DNA of 64,000 nt. Origin: Psammoneis japonica. Lineage: Eukaryota. The notes beneath the pieces are model-generated. The model did no database searches and had not been told where the DNA came from. It saw only the letters and a list, made by a program, of their open reading frames with translations. The stretch lies in NCBI GenBank assembly GCA_008632985.1, contig QPGO01000301.1, positions 1-64,000 of the forward strand, given 5' to 3'. Of the stretch, positions 1 to 11,090 are shown piece by piece (within the stretch, counting starts at the first letter, position 1; each line of letters begins with the position of its first letter). The position numbers and the translations under genes were made by a program.

Positions 1-259
1 GGGGGAGTTGAAGACTCGATAAACGAACTAACTTCTTAGGCTCCGCTTCAACATCAATGCTGTCTTTGATTTCCTGGGGCTTTACGTTAGAAAGGCTTCG
101 ATAGGATCCACCAGGTGTCCATGAAAAGTACCCATGGTCAGACACGGGCGAGAATATCGTAAATTCTGTCTTGTTCAACTCGCTTTCAAATGGGGCAGTG
201 GTGCGTTTCGCACTATCCAGCGTAAGATCTTGAAGCAGGTTCTCAAGTGTTGCTGTCAT
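1..259 (-). CDS. 5' part of a hypothetical protein running off the window start
   Basis: ATG at 259 opens a frame (MTATLENLLQDLTLDSAKRTTAPFESELNKTEF...) with no stop down to base 1; normal TA/CG content; no recognisable domain. Confidence 0.35.
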   Translation of the reverse strand, partial: MTATLENLLQDLTLDSAKRTTAPFESELNKTEFTIFSPVSDHGYFSWTPGGSYRSLSNVKPQEIKDSIDVEAEPKKLVRLSSLQLP

Positions 260-329
260 GGCTTCTCTCTATGATGTGAGACTGCACACAACCGGAAAAA
301 GCGAACGAGTTTTGAGATTTATGATTGGC

Positions 330-3300
330 TACTGAAAATTTTGACACGGCAGGTTTTGCACATGCGCCGGAGCGATGGGATGACTGTCTCTCCAACTCGA
401 GCCTGCCCACAATGGTTGTTGGCACGAAGGCGAGAGAGTGTGTGAGACAGAGCACCACTGTTCTCTATGAGATGCTGCATGTCACCATGATGCCACCACA
501 CTCTGCTGTCCAACTCTTGATGCTGAGGCAGGGACTCTGCGTGCTTCAAGGGGCATTTAATTTGGTGGGCAGCATGCAGTGCACAGGTTGTGTGGCATTG
601 GCAAACAACCCAGAAGAGAAGAGCAATTAATGGAAGTCTTGGATGGCAATGAAACAGCAGATGCATTGTGGAAGAGGCATGGCCAACCAGAGACACCATG
701 TGGTGAATGGGCTCCAAAGACACCAAAGAGCAACAAGTCAAGAAGCAAGATGCATGTCTGAGGATCGTCCCATCACAGCAAATGTGTCTGGCCAACCAAC
801 CATGCAGCATCCCCAGTGGTGTGTGCACAGCTAGATGGAATTGTGTGGCCTTGCAAAGCAATGCCTGAGTGGAGGACAGAGAGAAAGAAGGTGATGGGGC
901 CATTGGCGTCTTTGAGAAGTGGGCTGAAGACAAATTTGGCACAGAAGCCAGCAGCTCACAAATCCCAGCAGGCATGAGTGGCAGTGAGTGGAGTTTTGCA
1001 GTGGCAGTGCTGTGTTGGGATTGTGCAGGAATGCAGCACAGATGGCAGAGTTCACAGACACTGGGGCTTGGCTTGTTGTTGGGATTGTGAAGAAGGAATG
1101 TGGCGCAGATGGCAGAGTCCACAGATGCCAGGGCTTGGCTTGTGGGTTGGCTGCTTTGGGGTGCAACATCCACAAAAGAAACATTGAAAATTGTCAAAGT
1201 CACAAAGCATTGTGGCCAGCACAATTGAATTTTCTTGGCAGCAACCATGGAGAGCAGTGACCCACTGGCATTGTCAGTTTTGATGCCAGCAGGAATCTTG
1301 CATTGCCAACACATGATTTTCACTTTGCTTTGCACTCAAGTTGGGCTTTGCAATTTTGTGTGATGTTTTCCAAACTGTCCCCAGATTTGTGTTGGTGACG
1401 GGACTTTGCAAATCATCAGCACACTTGGAGAGAGAACTGGCAACATCTTTTGGAAAGCATCTGTGCAGTGCATCGGGGCTCGGATCTGCATGGGATGCAA
1501 CAGCAGCTGGGTGGGGCACAGCATGGCTTGACAGCTTGTGGCACTGCAGCAGCAGTGGTGCAGCATGATGCTGCCTGCTGTGGCTGTGCAGAGCGATGTG
1601 GTGGCATCATGGCAACACCATGAGCTCCTGTTGCTTGGAGTGGCACAAGCTTGTGCATGCACACAGGACAGGTCATGTCTGGTGACCCACACAGATCACA
1701 GAAATTGTTCAGCACACTCCTGCATGCACTGGTGATGAGGTGAGTGCAAGTCATGTCAAGAAGGGTGGTGGTGGTTTGATGAAAAGCTTCTTGCATTTTA
1801 AAAAAGCCTCTGGCATGCCAGGAGAAGCAACAGCAAGTGATCTCAATTCTCCCAAGAGCTTGTGACAATCATTGGCAGCAACATGGCAGCAGCATGTGCA
1901 GGGGCAGTTCTTGAAAAGGGCATCTTGGAGACAGGTGTGCAGTGCTGTGTGGTGAGCTGCATCATGACAGCCGGGCAGATCCTGTGCACACCAGGCCATG
2001 TCTCCCTTGTGCAACTTGCCTCTTTCCATGCTGGAACATGGTTGGAGTTGCAGGGATGAAATGCATCAGCAGCAGCATGGAGCAAATTGTGGCAGATGTT
2101 GAGCCATGCTGCCTTGAAGCTTTGGGCTGCTCCTGCCTAAATTGTTGACATGGGTGTCAGTGCAGCCAGGTGTTGCAACAGCGCTGGCCAGGGTTCAGGT
2201 GCAGGTCCAGTGCTGGCAAAGTGGTGTTGCAACATCCCTGGCTGGTGGAGTGCAGTGGGAGTTGTTTGGTTCTGAGAGCTGTTGTGCAGATGTTGAGCAG
2301 ACCAGGCAGTGCCAAAATGTCAATTTGTCTGTCTGTCCACCAATCACACATCATGTGAGCAACAACTTCTCTGGAAATCAATTGAAATGCCATCTGACCA
2401 AAGACACTGATCAAAGACATGATTTCAGCTGAATTTTCACACAGCCATCAGCTCCAATCAACCTCTTGCATGACACCATGTGCGAATTTCTACATGATTT
2501 TGTGGCTTTCGTCTTCACATGTGAAAAATGTCAGCTCTGTGACTGTTGAGACACTTTTGGGTTGCTCCTGTTGCAGGTGGCTTGTGTGTGTGCTTGGGGA
2601 CTTTTTCATTGGGAGGCAGAGATCCAAGCAAATGTGGCAGTGGCATGGCTGATTTCACCAAGGGGAGGTGGCAGAGCACTGAAACACAAGACATGGCAGC
2701 AAAGAATTTGCCCCATCACACAGGCAGAGAGTTGTGTGCTGGGTGTCCTGACCAACAGAGGCTCCCCTGGCAAACCAGAGGATGCTGCTCCAAGCATGCA
2801 AGCACCCACAAGATTCAACTGCATGTGGTGGAATGTGTCAGCCAGATCTGGCTGCTTCATCAGATGGATTTGGGGCCATCCATCAGGTTTGCTGGGAGGA
2901 TCTGGTGTGCTCTCGAAGACAGTTTGTGGCACACAGTGTGGCTGGTTGGGTGACATCATCCTTGGCACCACAGGAACATTTCTGGGTTGGCAACCATGCT
3001 GGGGCATGACACACTGGCAGGTCTTGGGTGCAGCCATTGTTGTTCTTGCTGCTGGGCTTTGGCTCCTCCATGGCCACAGCAGCTGGCACCAATTGAGATC
3101 TCCTTTGGCACATCTTGCTTTTTTCTTGGCTTTGCTGCAAGTGCAAAAGACAATGTGGTGAGCAACAAGTCTGCTTGCCAGCCCAGCCCCTGAATCACCC
3201 TGACTCAGTGCCCCTTCCCCTCTTCTCAAACCAAAGGGAGAGCTCTTTGTCTGGGGCTTTGGTGCTCCGCCAAGAAGCAGCAGGGTGTGGTGGCACATCT

Positions 3301-3760
3301 GGGTGACGACCAAACATTTGTTTTGATGACAAAGACCCAGACCAGCCAAATCTTTGGTGACTCTTTTGTGATCCTGGCATGGAGAGCCGTGCAACTGGGG
3401 TCTGTTGCAATGGTGAAAGGTGGGAGGGTGAAAACCCACCACCGCCCACAGAGCAGGAACAATTGTTTTTGTGAAACAATGATGGGTTCAAGCATTCCAC
3501 CTCAGTCTGATGGTTGCAACCGTGCCACAGATTCAAAATGCAATGTTCACATTTTACAACAGAAAAGTGTGTGGCAAGAAACTGCTGCTTCCCCTCTGTT
3601 TTCATCGCACCGGTCGTGCAAGCATTGCCAATGCTTGAATGCACACCGATTCCCGATTCGATGTCTCGCGCAGCCGCGGAGAATTCCGCGGAATTCCGAG
3701 GCGCGAGCGGCATCACATCGTCGCGCGTTGATCACGTCTTGAAGAATCATCGCATCTTGA
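330..3760. other. TpA-depleted (mostly also CpG-depleted) degenerate domain A
   Basis: TA nearly absent, TG/CA in excess; overlapping Cys/His-rich, Tyr-poor ORFs in all frames; boundaries approximate. Confidence 0.85.
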
Positions 3761-3919
3761 GCGCTTATGTATTGTTGAGCGCGATGATGATTCTGTGAGT
3801 CAGGGCGAGTTTTCCGGGAACTTCACAGCTAACCAAGCTACAGTAGAGAGGCAAACACTCGGCATCCCTTAAACCCCCCTCAACGCAACGACAACGCCAG
3901 CGGGGAGCAGAAGTTGCGA

Positions 3920-5533
3920 ATGATGGACATGAGCTCCTTCTTTGTGATTGCCGGTCATGTGCTTGTTGCGCTTGTTCTTGTCGTTGCGTTCCTTATTTTT
4001 CGACAATTTCGTAGGTGGTATTTTTCTCCGCTGCACCAACTTCCTGGTCCAAAGGAAAACAAGTCGTTTTGGTTGGGTTCGTTTCAGCAAGTCCGGAAAG
4101 AGCCCTTCATGGAACCGCATAAACGGTGGTTTAAGGATGCTGGCGAGAACACAAAAATGATTCACTACACTACCATGGTGGGTCGATCTTCGGTCATGAT
4201 TTTGGATAAGGAAATTGTCAAGACTATTCTTACGTCGCCCCCAGCAACCGACGGAAAGCGCGATCGCTTCCATAAACAAGCCGCGTTTATCCAAGGAACT
4301 ATTGGTGACGGACTAGTCACGTTGGAGGGCGTGGATTGGACCAGACATCGTCGCATTTTGCAGCCGTCTTTTCATACAAGTTTTGTGAAGGCAACATTGA
4401 ATGCTGTGGTGCCGGAAAAAGTTGCCAGATTCACCGAATGCTGGACCCGAGCTGCCGACCATTCACGAGAAATTGACGTTACTTCTCACCTTTCAGCTTT
4501 AACCCTGGATATTATTGGAGCCTCCGGTTTCTCCCATGATTTCAATGGGCTTCGTGTCGTGGAGGATTGGTCACTCAAAGAAACCAATGGAGACGACGAG
4601 CTCGCAGAAGTCGACGACCCATTGATATCCGCCATCACGGATTCCCTCAAGCCCCGTCTTGTTTCAATTGTCCTCATCATTCTTGGTCTTGCCAGTTGGG
4701 ACCGAATTCTCAATCCCAAAAGCCGCCGCTTGCGAAACGTGTTGAACCAAGCCGCAGAAAGAGTCATTGACAATGCCAGGAAGAGATCAAAGATGAATGA
4801 CAAGAATGATGATTCTTCCAAACTGTCTTCTAAATCTCTGTTGCAGTTGATGCTTGAAGCCGAAGATCCTACTGTGGATACGAAAGGAAGGACGCTCAAC
4901 GCGTTGGAATTGCGGGAAGAAACAAAGCTCTTTGTTGTGGCGGGTCACGAAACCACCTCGACGTGGCTCTACTGGACAATGTTTGCACTGGCAAAGTATC
5001 CAGATATACAAGAGAAGGTTTACCGAGATGTTCTCAAGCACGCTCCACTCTCCACGGCAGAGATTGGCGTGGAAGCTGTTGAGAAAATGGAGTATTTGAA
5101 TGCGTTTATGCAGGAAGTACTTCGTTTCTATTCGCCCATCGGTTTCATGGTTCGCGCCAATACCTATCGAGAGAATTTTGCGGGGCAGGACATACCGCCT
5201 CGGACTAGACTGACTATCCCAATTTTCTTGTTGCATCGTCATCCGCTGTATTGGGATGACCCCGAGTCCTTTCTGCCGGAACGTTGGATAAATGTGTCTG
5301 AGAAAGACGTGGAACGCCGTCGCTTTGCGTTTTTGCCGTTTTCTGCAGGATTCAGACACTGCATCGGGTACAGGTTTGCAACCATTGAAGCGCTCATGAT
5401 TGCCGCGCCGCTGATTCGAACCTTCTCCATTGGCGTCGCGCCGTCCCAACGTGACGCGGACTTTACCTTTTCAACCTTCATTACCATGAAGAGCAAACCT
5501 CAGCTCAAGATTGCGGTAAAGAAGAGAACCTAG
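3920..5533 (+). CDS. Cytochrome P450, intronless
   Basis: N-terminal TM anchor followed by LPGP; I-helix AGHETT; K-helix EVLR; PERW; heme motif FSAGFRHCIG; first ATG at 3920. Confidence 0.95.
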   Translation: MMDMSSFFVIAGHVLVALVLVVAFLIFRQFRRWYFSPLHQLPGPKENKSFWLGSFQQVRKEPFMEPHKRWFKDAGENTKMIHYTTMVGRSSVMILDKEIVKTILTSPPATDGKRDRFHKQAAFIQGTIGDGLVTLEGVDWTRHRRILQPSFHTSFVKATLNAVVPEKVARFTECWTRAADHSREIDVTSHLSALTLDIIGASGFSHDFNGLRVVEDWSLKETNGDDELAEVDDPLISAITDSLKPRLVSIVLIILGLASWDRILNPKSRRLRNVLNQAAERVIDNARKRSKMNDKNDDSSKLSSKSLLQLMLEAEDPTVDTKGRTLNALELREETKLFVVAGHETTSTWLYWTMFALAKYPDIQEKVYRDVLKHAPLSTAEIGVEAVEKMEYLNAFMQEVLRFYSPIGFMVRANTYRENFAGQDIPPRTRLTIPIFLLHRHPLYWDDPESFLPERWINVSEKDVERRRFAFLPFSAGFRHCIGYRFATIEALMIAAPLIRTFSIGVAPSQRDADFTFSTFITMKSKPQLKIAVKKRT

Positions 5534-5598
5534 AGAGAAAGCAGTGCGCTTCTTACATTTAGATGAATTTAGTTAAGCAAACTTGTCCTTTCACCACA

Positions 5599-6537
5599 TC
5601 AACAAGGAGTGTCATTTTTATTGTCCCCGTTTGTCGAACTTTTCTTGTCGGAAAAGGAATGCCATTTCTTCACCATGAGGTCCAACGGCTTCATGAGAGT
5701 GGTATAAATCGATGGATCATCTTCAATCGCAGACACTATCCATGCAATACATTCTGCTGTGGACAAGTGATTGGCACTCGGCGGAGTCCGGATATCGAAT
5801 CGACGGGGTTGAAACTCCCTGTTAAGTAGTTGATGTGTCATTTGATTCACGCCAGAAGCCGACGCCTTCTGTTGCTTTTCTGTTTTGTCAAGCTCCTCGT
5901 CTTTGCAGTCGTCGTCATTTGCTTGTGGTTGGATTGAAACTCGAATCATGTGCATTGGGTATTGTTTTGCGGCAATATTTGCTTGTTCCATTTCACGCGC
6001 ATACTTCCATGTTGCATCCAGAACAAGGACTGTAATCTTGCTGTCTTGCGTATCCTTGCTACTAGTAGTAGCCTGTGCGCTCATTGAGCGTCGCCGTCGT
6101 GTCGTTTCCAAAGCGTCTTGCAAGGGTATGGCATCACTGCTAGGAAACATCAAGAGAAGATCTCGTTCGGGATCTTGAATTTGTTTCATAATGTTTGAAT
6201 CCACCTTGTCGCCTAGTCTTCGAGCAACGACAGTATGCAACTGCTTGGGTTCTGCACACGAATCGCCATCACCTCGCTTCTCTGCTTGATTCAAACACAG
6301 TTCGACCAGGGGCAAACTACGATTCTTTCGTCGGGCTTCATGGGGGTGTTGCAAGACAATTACCTGGCACTTCTTCAACACGATTGGTGACGATGGCAGA
6401 GCCTCACAAACACATGCGCGTTCTTGAGGTCGGTGGCATGTTTCGCAAATCTGTCGATTTGCCTTTTTCTTGGGAGGAGACGGTGTTTTTGCGCTTGGCT
6501 CGTAAATGCCATCGCTTGCTGCATCAGAGGACGACAT
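5599..6537 (-). CDS. DTW-domain tRNA-uridine aminocarboxypropyltransferase (DTWD2/TapT-like)
   Basis: CxxC...CxC knuckle (CETCHRPQERACVC), LQHPHE, VLDATW, LSTAEC. Confidence 0.88.
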   Translation of the reverse strand: MSSSDAASDGIYEPSAKTPSPPKKKANRQICETCHRPQERACVCEALPSSPIVLKKCQVIVLQHPHEARRKNRSLPLVELCLNQAEKRGDGDSCAEPKQLHTVVARRLGDKVDSNIMKQIQDPERDLLLMFPSSDAIPLQDALETTRRRRSMSAQATTSSKDTQDSKITVLVLDATWKYAREMEQANIAAKQYPMHMIRVSIQPQANDDDCKDEELDKTEKQQKASASGVNQMTHQLLNREFQPRRFDIRTPPSANHLSTAECIAWIVSAIEDDPSIYTTLMKPLDLMVKKWHSFSDKKSSTNGDNKNDTPC

Positions 6538-7724
6538 TGTCGAATGGGTACGGGATGGGAGTTGGAGATGAAACCAGAGATTGCATTTATGTTCGCTTCC
6601 AGGTTGAAAAGAGAGTCAAGAGTAGCATTAAGAGCGTTGGGCGTTGGAGTGATTGCGACGCGAGAATTTCAAAAATGGGCGTTTCTTTATTTTGTTATCA
6701 TCGATCCCGTCTGACCGTGGCCACCAAAAAATTTTCACCGCGAGAAAAATCTTTTTTTTTTGTGAACGCCACATCCACCATGGCGACATCTTGATCTCAA
6801 GCAGGTCTAGTGGGCCGTTGCGGCCTCTCCATGAACCAACATGGAGCGCACTTAAAGAATGACACTTCGTGCAGAGTTGCCAAGAAGACGGAGGTTGGTG
6901 CTGTTTTCTGTCGACTCAAAACTCCCGGTCACCATGCTTTTGTCCGGAAGCCCGCACACAAAACACGCCAAAGTGGCCCGAGGTTTTGCAAACAATGCAA
7001 TCGATGAAATAGAACAAGGGTGGTCAACGGATCCTTTGAAGACACTGAAGCAGTCTGGGGGTGTTGACTCTTGGTTCTTTGAGAAGACAGACGAGCTTGT
7101 TTTCTTGTTGGAACAATTGCGCCGCGAACAACCAACCAACCGCAGCCTTTGAAGCTGTCGCAGGCAGCTTTTCGGCACGCAGGAACACTGGCATCGGAAA
7201 TGATGATTTTCATTGCTGGTTTTTCATTGATTTATGCATGGCAAGAGGATGTCTCCGATGTGGAGATGTGTTGGCACTCGACAGTGCGTCGACTCACCTT
7301 TGTCAATCTCTCGACATGAGTGGCTTTTCAATGAATTTGTCGTTTTGCTTCTATTTTTACTGTGCCAACTTGCTCCCCCAAGTTAAATCCCACAGAGAGG
7401 ATGTGGCACATGCCAATGCCCACTCGGTGCAGGGGGGGGGGGGGCACAGAGACCACTGTCTCCTGTTGGTCTGCCTGTCTCTGACAGATCTGCACCAAAG
7501 TTTCTCACTCACTCCTGAAATCCATGTTGGAGCTCTGCAAAACACCCATGGCTGGAGAGCTCCTGGCTTCATTGCACCTCCTGTCTTCTGCTTCTTGTTG
7601 TGGCCAGCAGCAATCAAGGAGGTGAGAAAGGAGCAGAGTGCAGGCAACCCAACGGCAGAAACAATGCAGCGCCGGCTGAAGGTCACACCTGCCCACCCCC
7701 CCCCCCCCCCGGTCCACCAAGGCA

Positions 7725-8355
7725 GCCAGTTGATTGCAGCTCAAACCATGTGTTTTGGGTGCTGGTTTGTGGCTTGTTTGCTTGCTCCATTCCATGGGCA
7801 TGCTTCCATGTTGCACCCACCCAGAGCAGGGGCTGCAATCTTGTGATCTTGTTTCTTGTTTGTCCTTGCTGCTGGCAGCCTTTGCACACAACGAGCATCT
7901 TTGTTGTGTCATGTCCAATGCTTCCTCCAAGGGAATGGCATCATTGCTTGGAAACACTCATGAAAATGTCTTGTGCAGGATCTTGAATTTGTTTCATCAT
8001 GTTTGAATCCACCTTGTCACCTGATCTTTGAGTGGTGACAGCGCGGCTGCTTGTGCTCTGCACTCAAATTTCTGTCACCCTGCTCTTGCAATTGTCTCAA
8101 ATGCAGTTTGACCAAAGGCAAGCTGCAACTCTTTTGCCAGGCTTCATGGGGGGGCATTGCAAGACAGTTGCCATGGTGCCTGTTGTGAGCACAATTGGTT
8201 GTGATGGCAGAGCTTTGCCACAAACACATGCACACTCTTGCAGTCAGTGGCATCATGTGTCACAAATCAGTCACTTTGCCTTTTTTTGGCAAAGACAATG
8301 TTTTTGTGCATGGCTTGTGAGTTTCATTGCTTGCTGCATTGGACAATGGCATCTC
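7725..8355 (-). pseudogene. Degenerate partial duplicate of the DTW gene
   Basis: Aligns by eye to ~5925-6540 (tcttgaatttgtttcat-atgtttgaatccaccttgtc; ATWKYAREMEQAN>ATWKHAHGMEQAN; MFPSSDAIPL>MFPSNDAIPL); frameshifted. Confidence 0.88.
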
Positions 8356-8559
8356 TGAACAAGCATGAGATGGGGGGTGGGGAGGGGCAGTGCTGAGTGT
8401 GTTGCACTTTGTTTGGTGTTTGGGCATCTTGCACTTTAGATTGTTGGCAACCCTGTGTTTCATGTGACTGCAGGATCCTCTCACAAACATGCTGTGGTCA
8501 CACATGGCACCTGTCCAGACAGAAATTCACTGTCAATGTTAGACATGGCTTTGACCATT

Positions 8560-9050
8560 TTGGCAAGGACAGCTGGTCTTCTGACGCAAGACTTCACAAT
8601 GTCTCTGCTGCTGCCAGAAACTTTGGGTCATGGGTGTGGCCTTGAAAGCTTTTTTTGTCCTTCTGCTTGGGGCATTGAGCACAGCTCTCATTGCATCAGC
8701 AAGAATCATGTGCATCTCACACCTGTGCTCTCGGCAGTTTGGAGAGCACACACATCTTGGCAACCTTGAGCAGAGCAATTGGTCAGTTCTTGGTGTTGGC
8801 CTCAAAGTTGGACCTGGTGAGCAAATGTTGTTCTTTGTGGCCTTGGAGCACCTTTCCCAGAGCAAGGCATGAGCCTCAATGAGGTCATTCTCACAGGTCT
8901 GAGTCCTCTTGATGTGAACAATGTCACACTCTGTCTTGAGCTCAACATCAGCAAACTGCTTGTTCTCAGCTGTGGCAGTCATTTCCATTGTCATGAGCCT
9001 TCTCTTGATGTGGTTGACAATCAATGGAACAGCAATCTAACAATCAGATG
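8560..9050 (-). mobile_element. Degenerate gag remnant of an LTR retrotransposon
   Basis: EAHALLWERCSKATKNNI...NCREHRCEMHMILADAMRAVLN resembles diatom Copia gag (AYALLWExCxKAMQNKI...NYQExRYEM) once Y>H/C is allowed; recalled similarity, not searched. Confidence 0.55.
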
Positions 9051-10712
9051 CTTGGCAGAGCCAACACATGCTGGCAGGCACAATTCTTGATGCCCTTCCT
9101 CTTGGCAGTGGCAGACTTGCCACTCTTGCTTTCCTCTTCCAACAAAGGATCCTTTTCCTTGGCTTGTGCTTCCATTTCTCTGTCTTCTTCTTCTTCCACT
9201 CATGATGGATTGATGAGACAGGAAAAACACCTCACCAAAATCTGTGAGGCGACTCTCATTTGCTCTGTTTTGTGGACTTCTCACAGCTTCAAGCTGGACC
9301 TGTGTCTTTCATCTGTTGAAATCTCCTCCCCCTTCTGTGGCCATTCCAAAACCACTTTCAGTCCTCTGAGGCTGATCCTGGGGGGGGGGGGGGGATGGAC
9401 AAGATTCAAACAAGATCAATGGCTGTTTCCAAGCATCAGATCACGTGCCTTGTGGGTGATGTTGCAACACGAGCATGTTTTTCCTTCTTCCACATCACAC
9501 TGTCTCTCTTGGGTGGCTGAGCTTTTGGCCCAACGATCAATGAGCAAGCAAGCAGAGACTGTGAGCGATGGCAAAAACACCTTGAACCTGTCACACTGTG
9601 CCAGGTGCAGCATCCAGGCAGATCCCAACTTGAACCCTTGTGATGCACCTTGGTCCAAAGATCTTGAAGAATGGCCCAAACTGTCAGATTTGAAGGCTTC
9701 TTGTGTGTGGCATGACAATCGCTTCCGCAGTTGATTGCCATGAGAGGAAACAAGTCCAAGGCCACATGGGCAAGAGCGGCAAGCCAGCAATCACAAGCTG
9801 CTGAAGCATGCTGCCATTTAATTGCAACATTTGTGACTTGGGGAACCACTGGATGAGTGGCAGCGTTGTTTGCAGGAGGGTTGTCAGGGAAGGGAGAACC
9901 AGCGGGCATGCCACAATCCAGTTGCTTTTTGATGGGCTTGACAAAAAGGCAACCAAGATCAATGAGACCGGCAGCAACAGTGATGCTGGGGCCCAGAACT
10001 TGAGGATTCAACATCTAAAAGTCCATGGTCAGAAAGAAGAGAGTTTGAACAGGAAGCAAAATTGAAGAAGCATTGCAAGAGACATTGCAATTTGTGACAT
10101 CTGTGCATCATGGATGAATGACGGAACCACACTGCCATCACAATGCTGTCTTCCATGATGCACGATGTGAAAGAACAAGAAATGGTCGACACCCATCACA
10201 TCTGCCCTTTGCCGTCAAAATGGATGCAATGCTCCAACATGTGCGCAACAAGCTCACATTGTGGGGGCTGTTTTGATGAGTCCATGTGTGCACCACTGAT
10301 GGAAGACATTGGGCACCTCTCTGCCAGATGACACCACATCACAATCTTTGCTCGAACAGATTTTCAATCTAAAGCCAACCAAGTGGCAGGTAAAATCTTA
10401 CAAAAATGTCCTGGACCTGACAATCCAAATTTAGTTGGGGACAAGCGGATGTGCAGGAAAATGGCTGGCTTGGCCAATCTAACCCTGACTGGCACTCTAA
10501 CTGGAGGCAGTCACTTGCACCACCACCGCCATTGTCAAGAGAGTGCTGCAATGTCCCCAGATTGCTGTGGGACTGCACAGACTGGGAGCCAACACAAGTG
10601 CAATTTGCAACAACAAGAGAGCATTAAATTTGGTGTGGCATTGTTTCCTGATGGTTGAGTCATCACTTGGCACTTTGTGCTTGGTTGTCTTCAACAATGG
10701 CGACAACAACAC

Positions 10713-11090
10713 TCAGAAACTGGTGCACTCCCACCACCACTTGCTGACCTTGACATGTTTGCATCCATCGGTGGCACAAGGTTGGTCATTTGGGACATCA
10801 CCAAACATGCCATCAGTGGCCGCATCAACGATGGTTTGAGCAGTGTCATCACCAACAGCATCGCACATGCATGGGTTGAACTTGGTGTCTTGCGTGCAAT
10901 CCCATTCTGGACTCATGCCATCAAAGGGATGAGGTCCACAAGGGAAATCATCAAAATCCTCCCCAGTGGGGACCAATGTCCCATCCGCCACTGTGTTGGC
11001 ACAAGGAATTCTGTGCTGGCCCCGGACCAATGCCAAAGGAAGAAGTGCAGCCACAAGTGCAAAGAGAAGAGAGTTCTTGATCATTGTCAT
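10713..11090 (-). pseudogene. Remnant of a secreted-protein-like gene
   Basis: Signal-peptide-like MIKNSLLFALVAALLPLALVRG followed by a Tyr-free acidic/Cys-rich segment inside the mutated domain. Confidence 0.4.

Noticed and set aside
4787..5449. 220-aa antisense ORF
   Set aside because: Shadow of the P450 coding sequence.
5599..6537. DTW enzyme or P450 as the mutator
   Set aside because: They look like ordinary housekeeping/metabolic genes; proximity is the only link.
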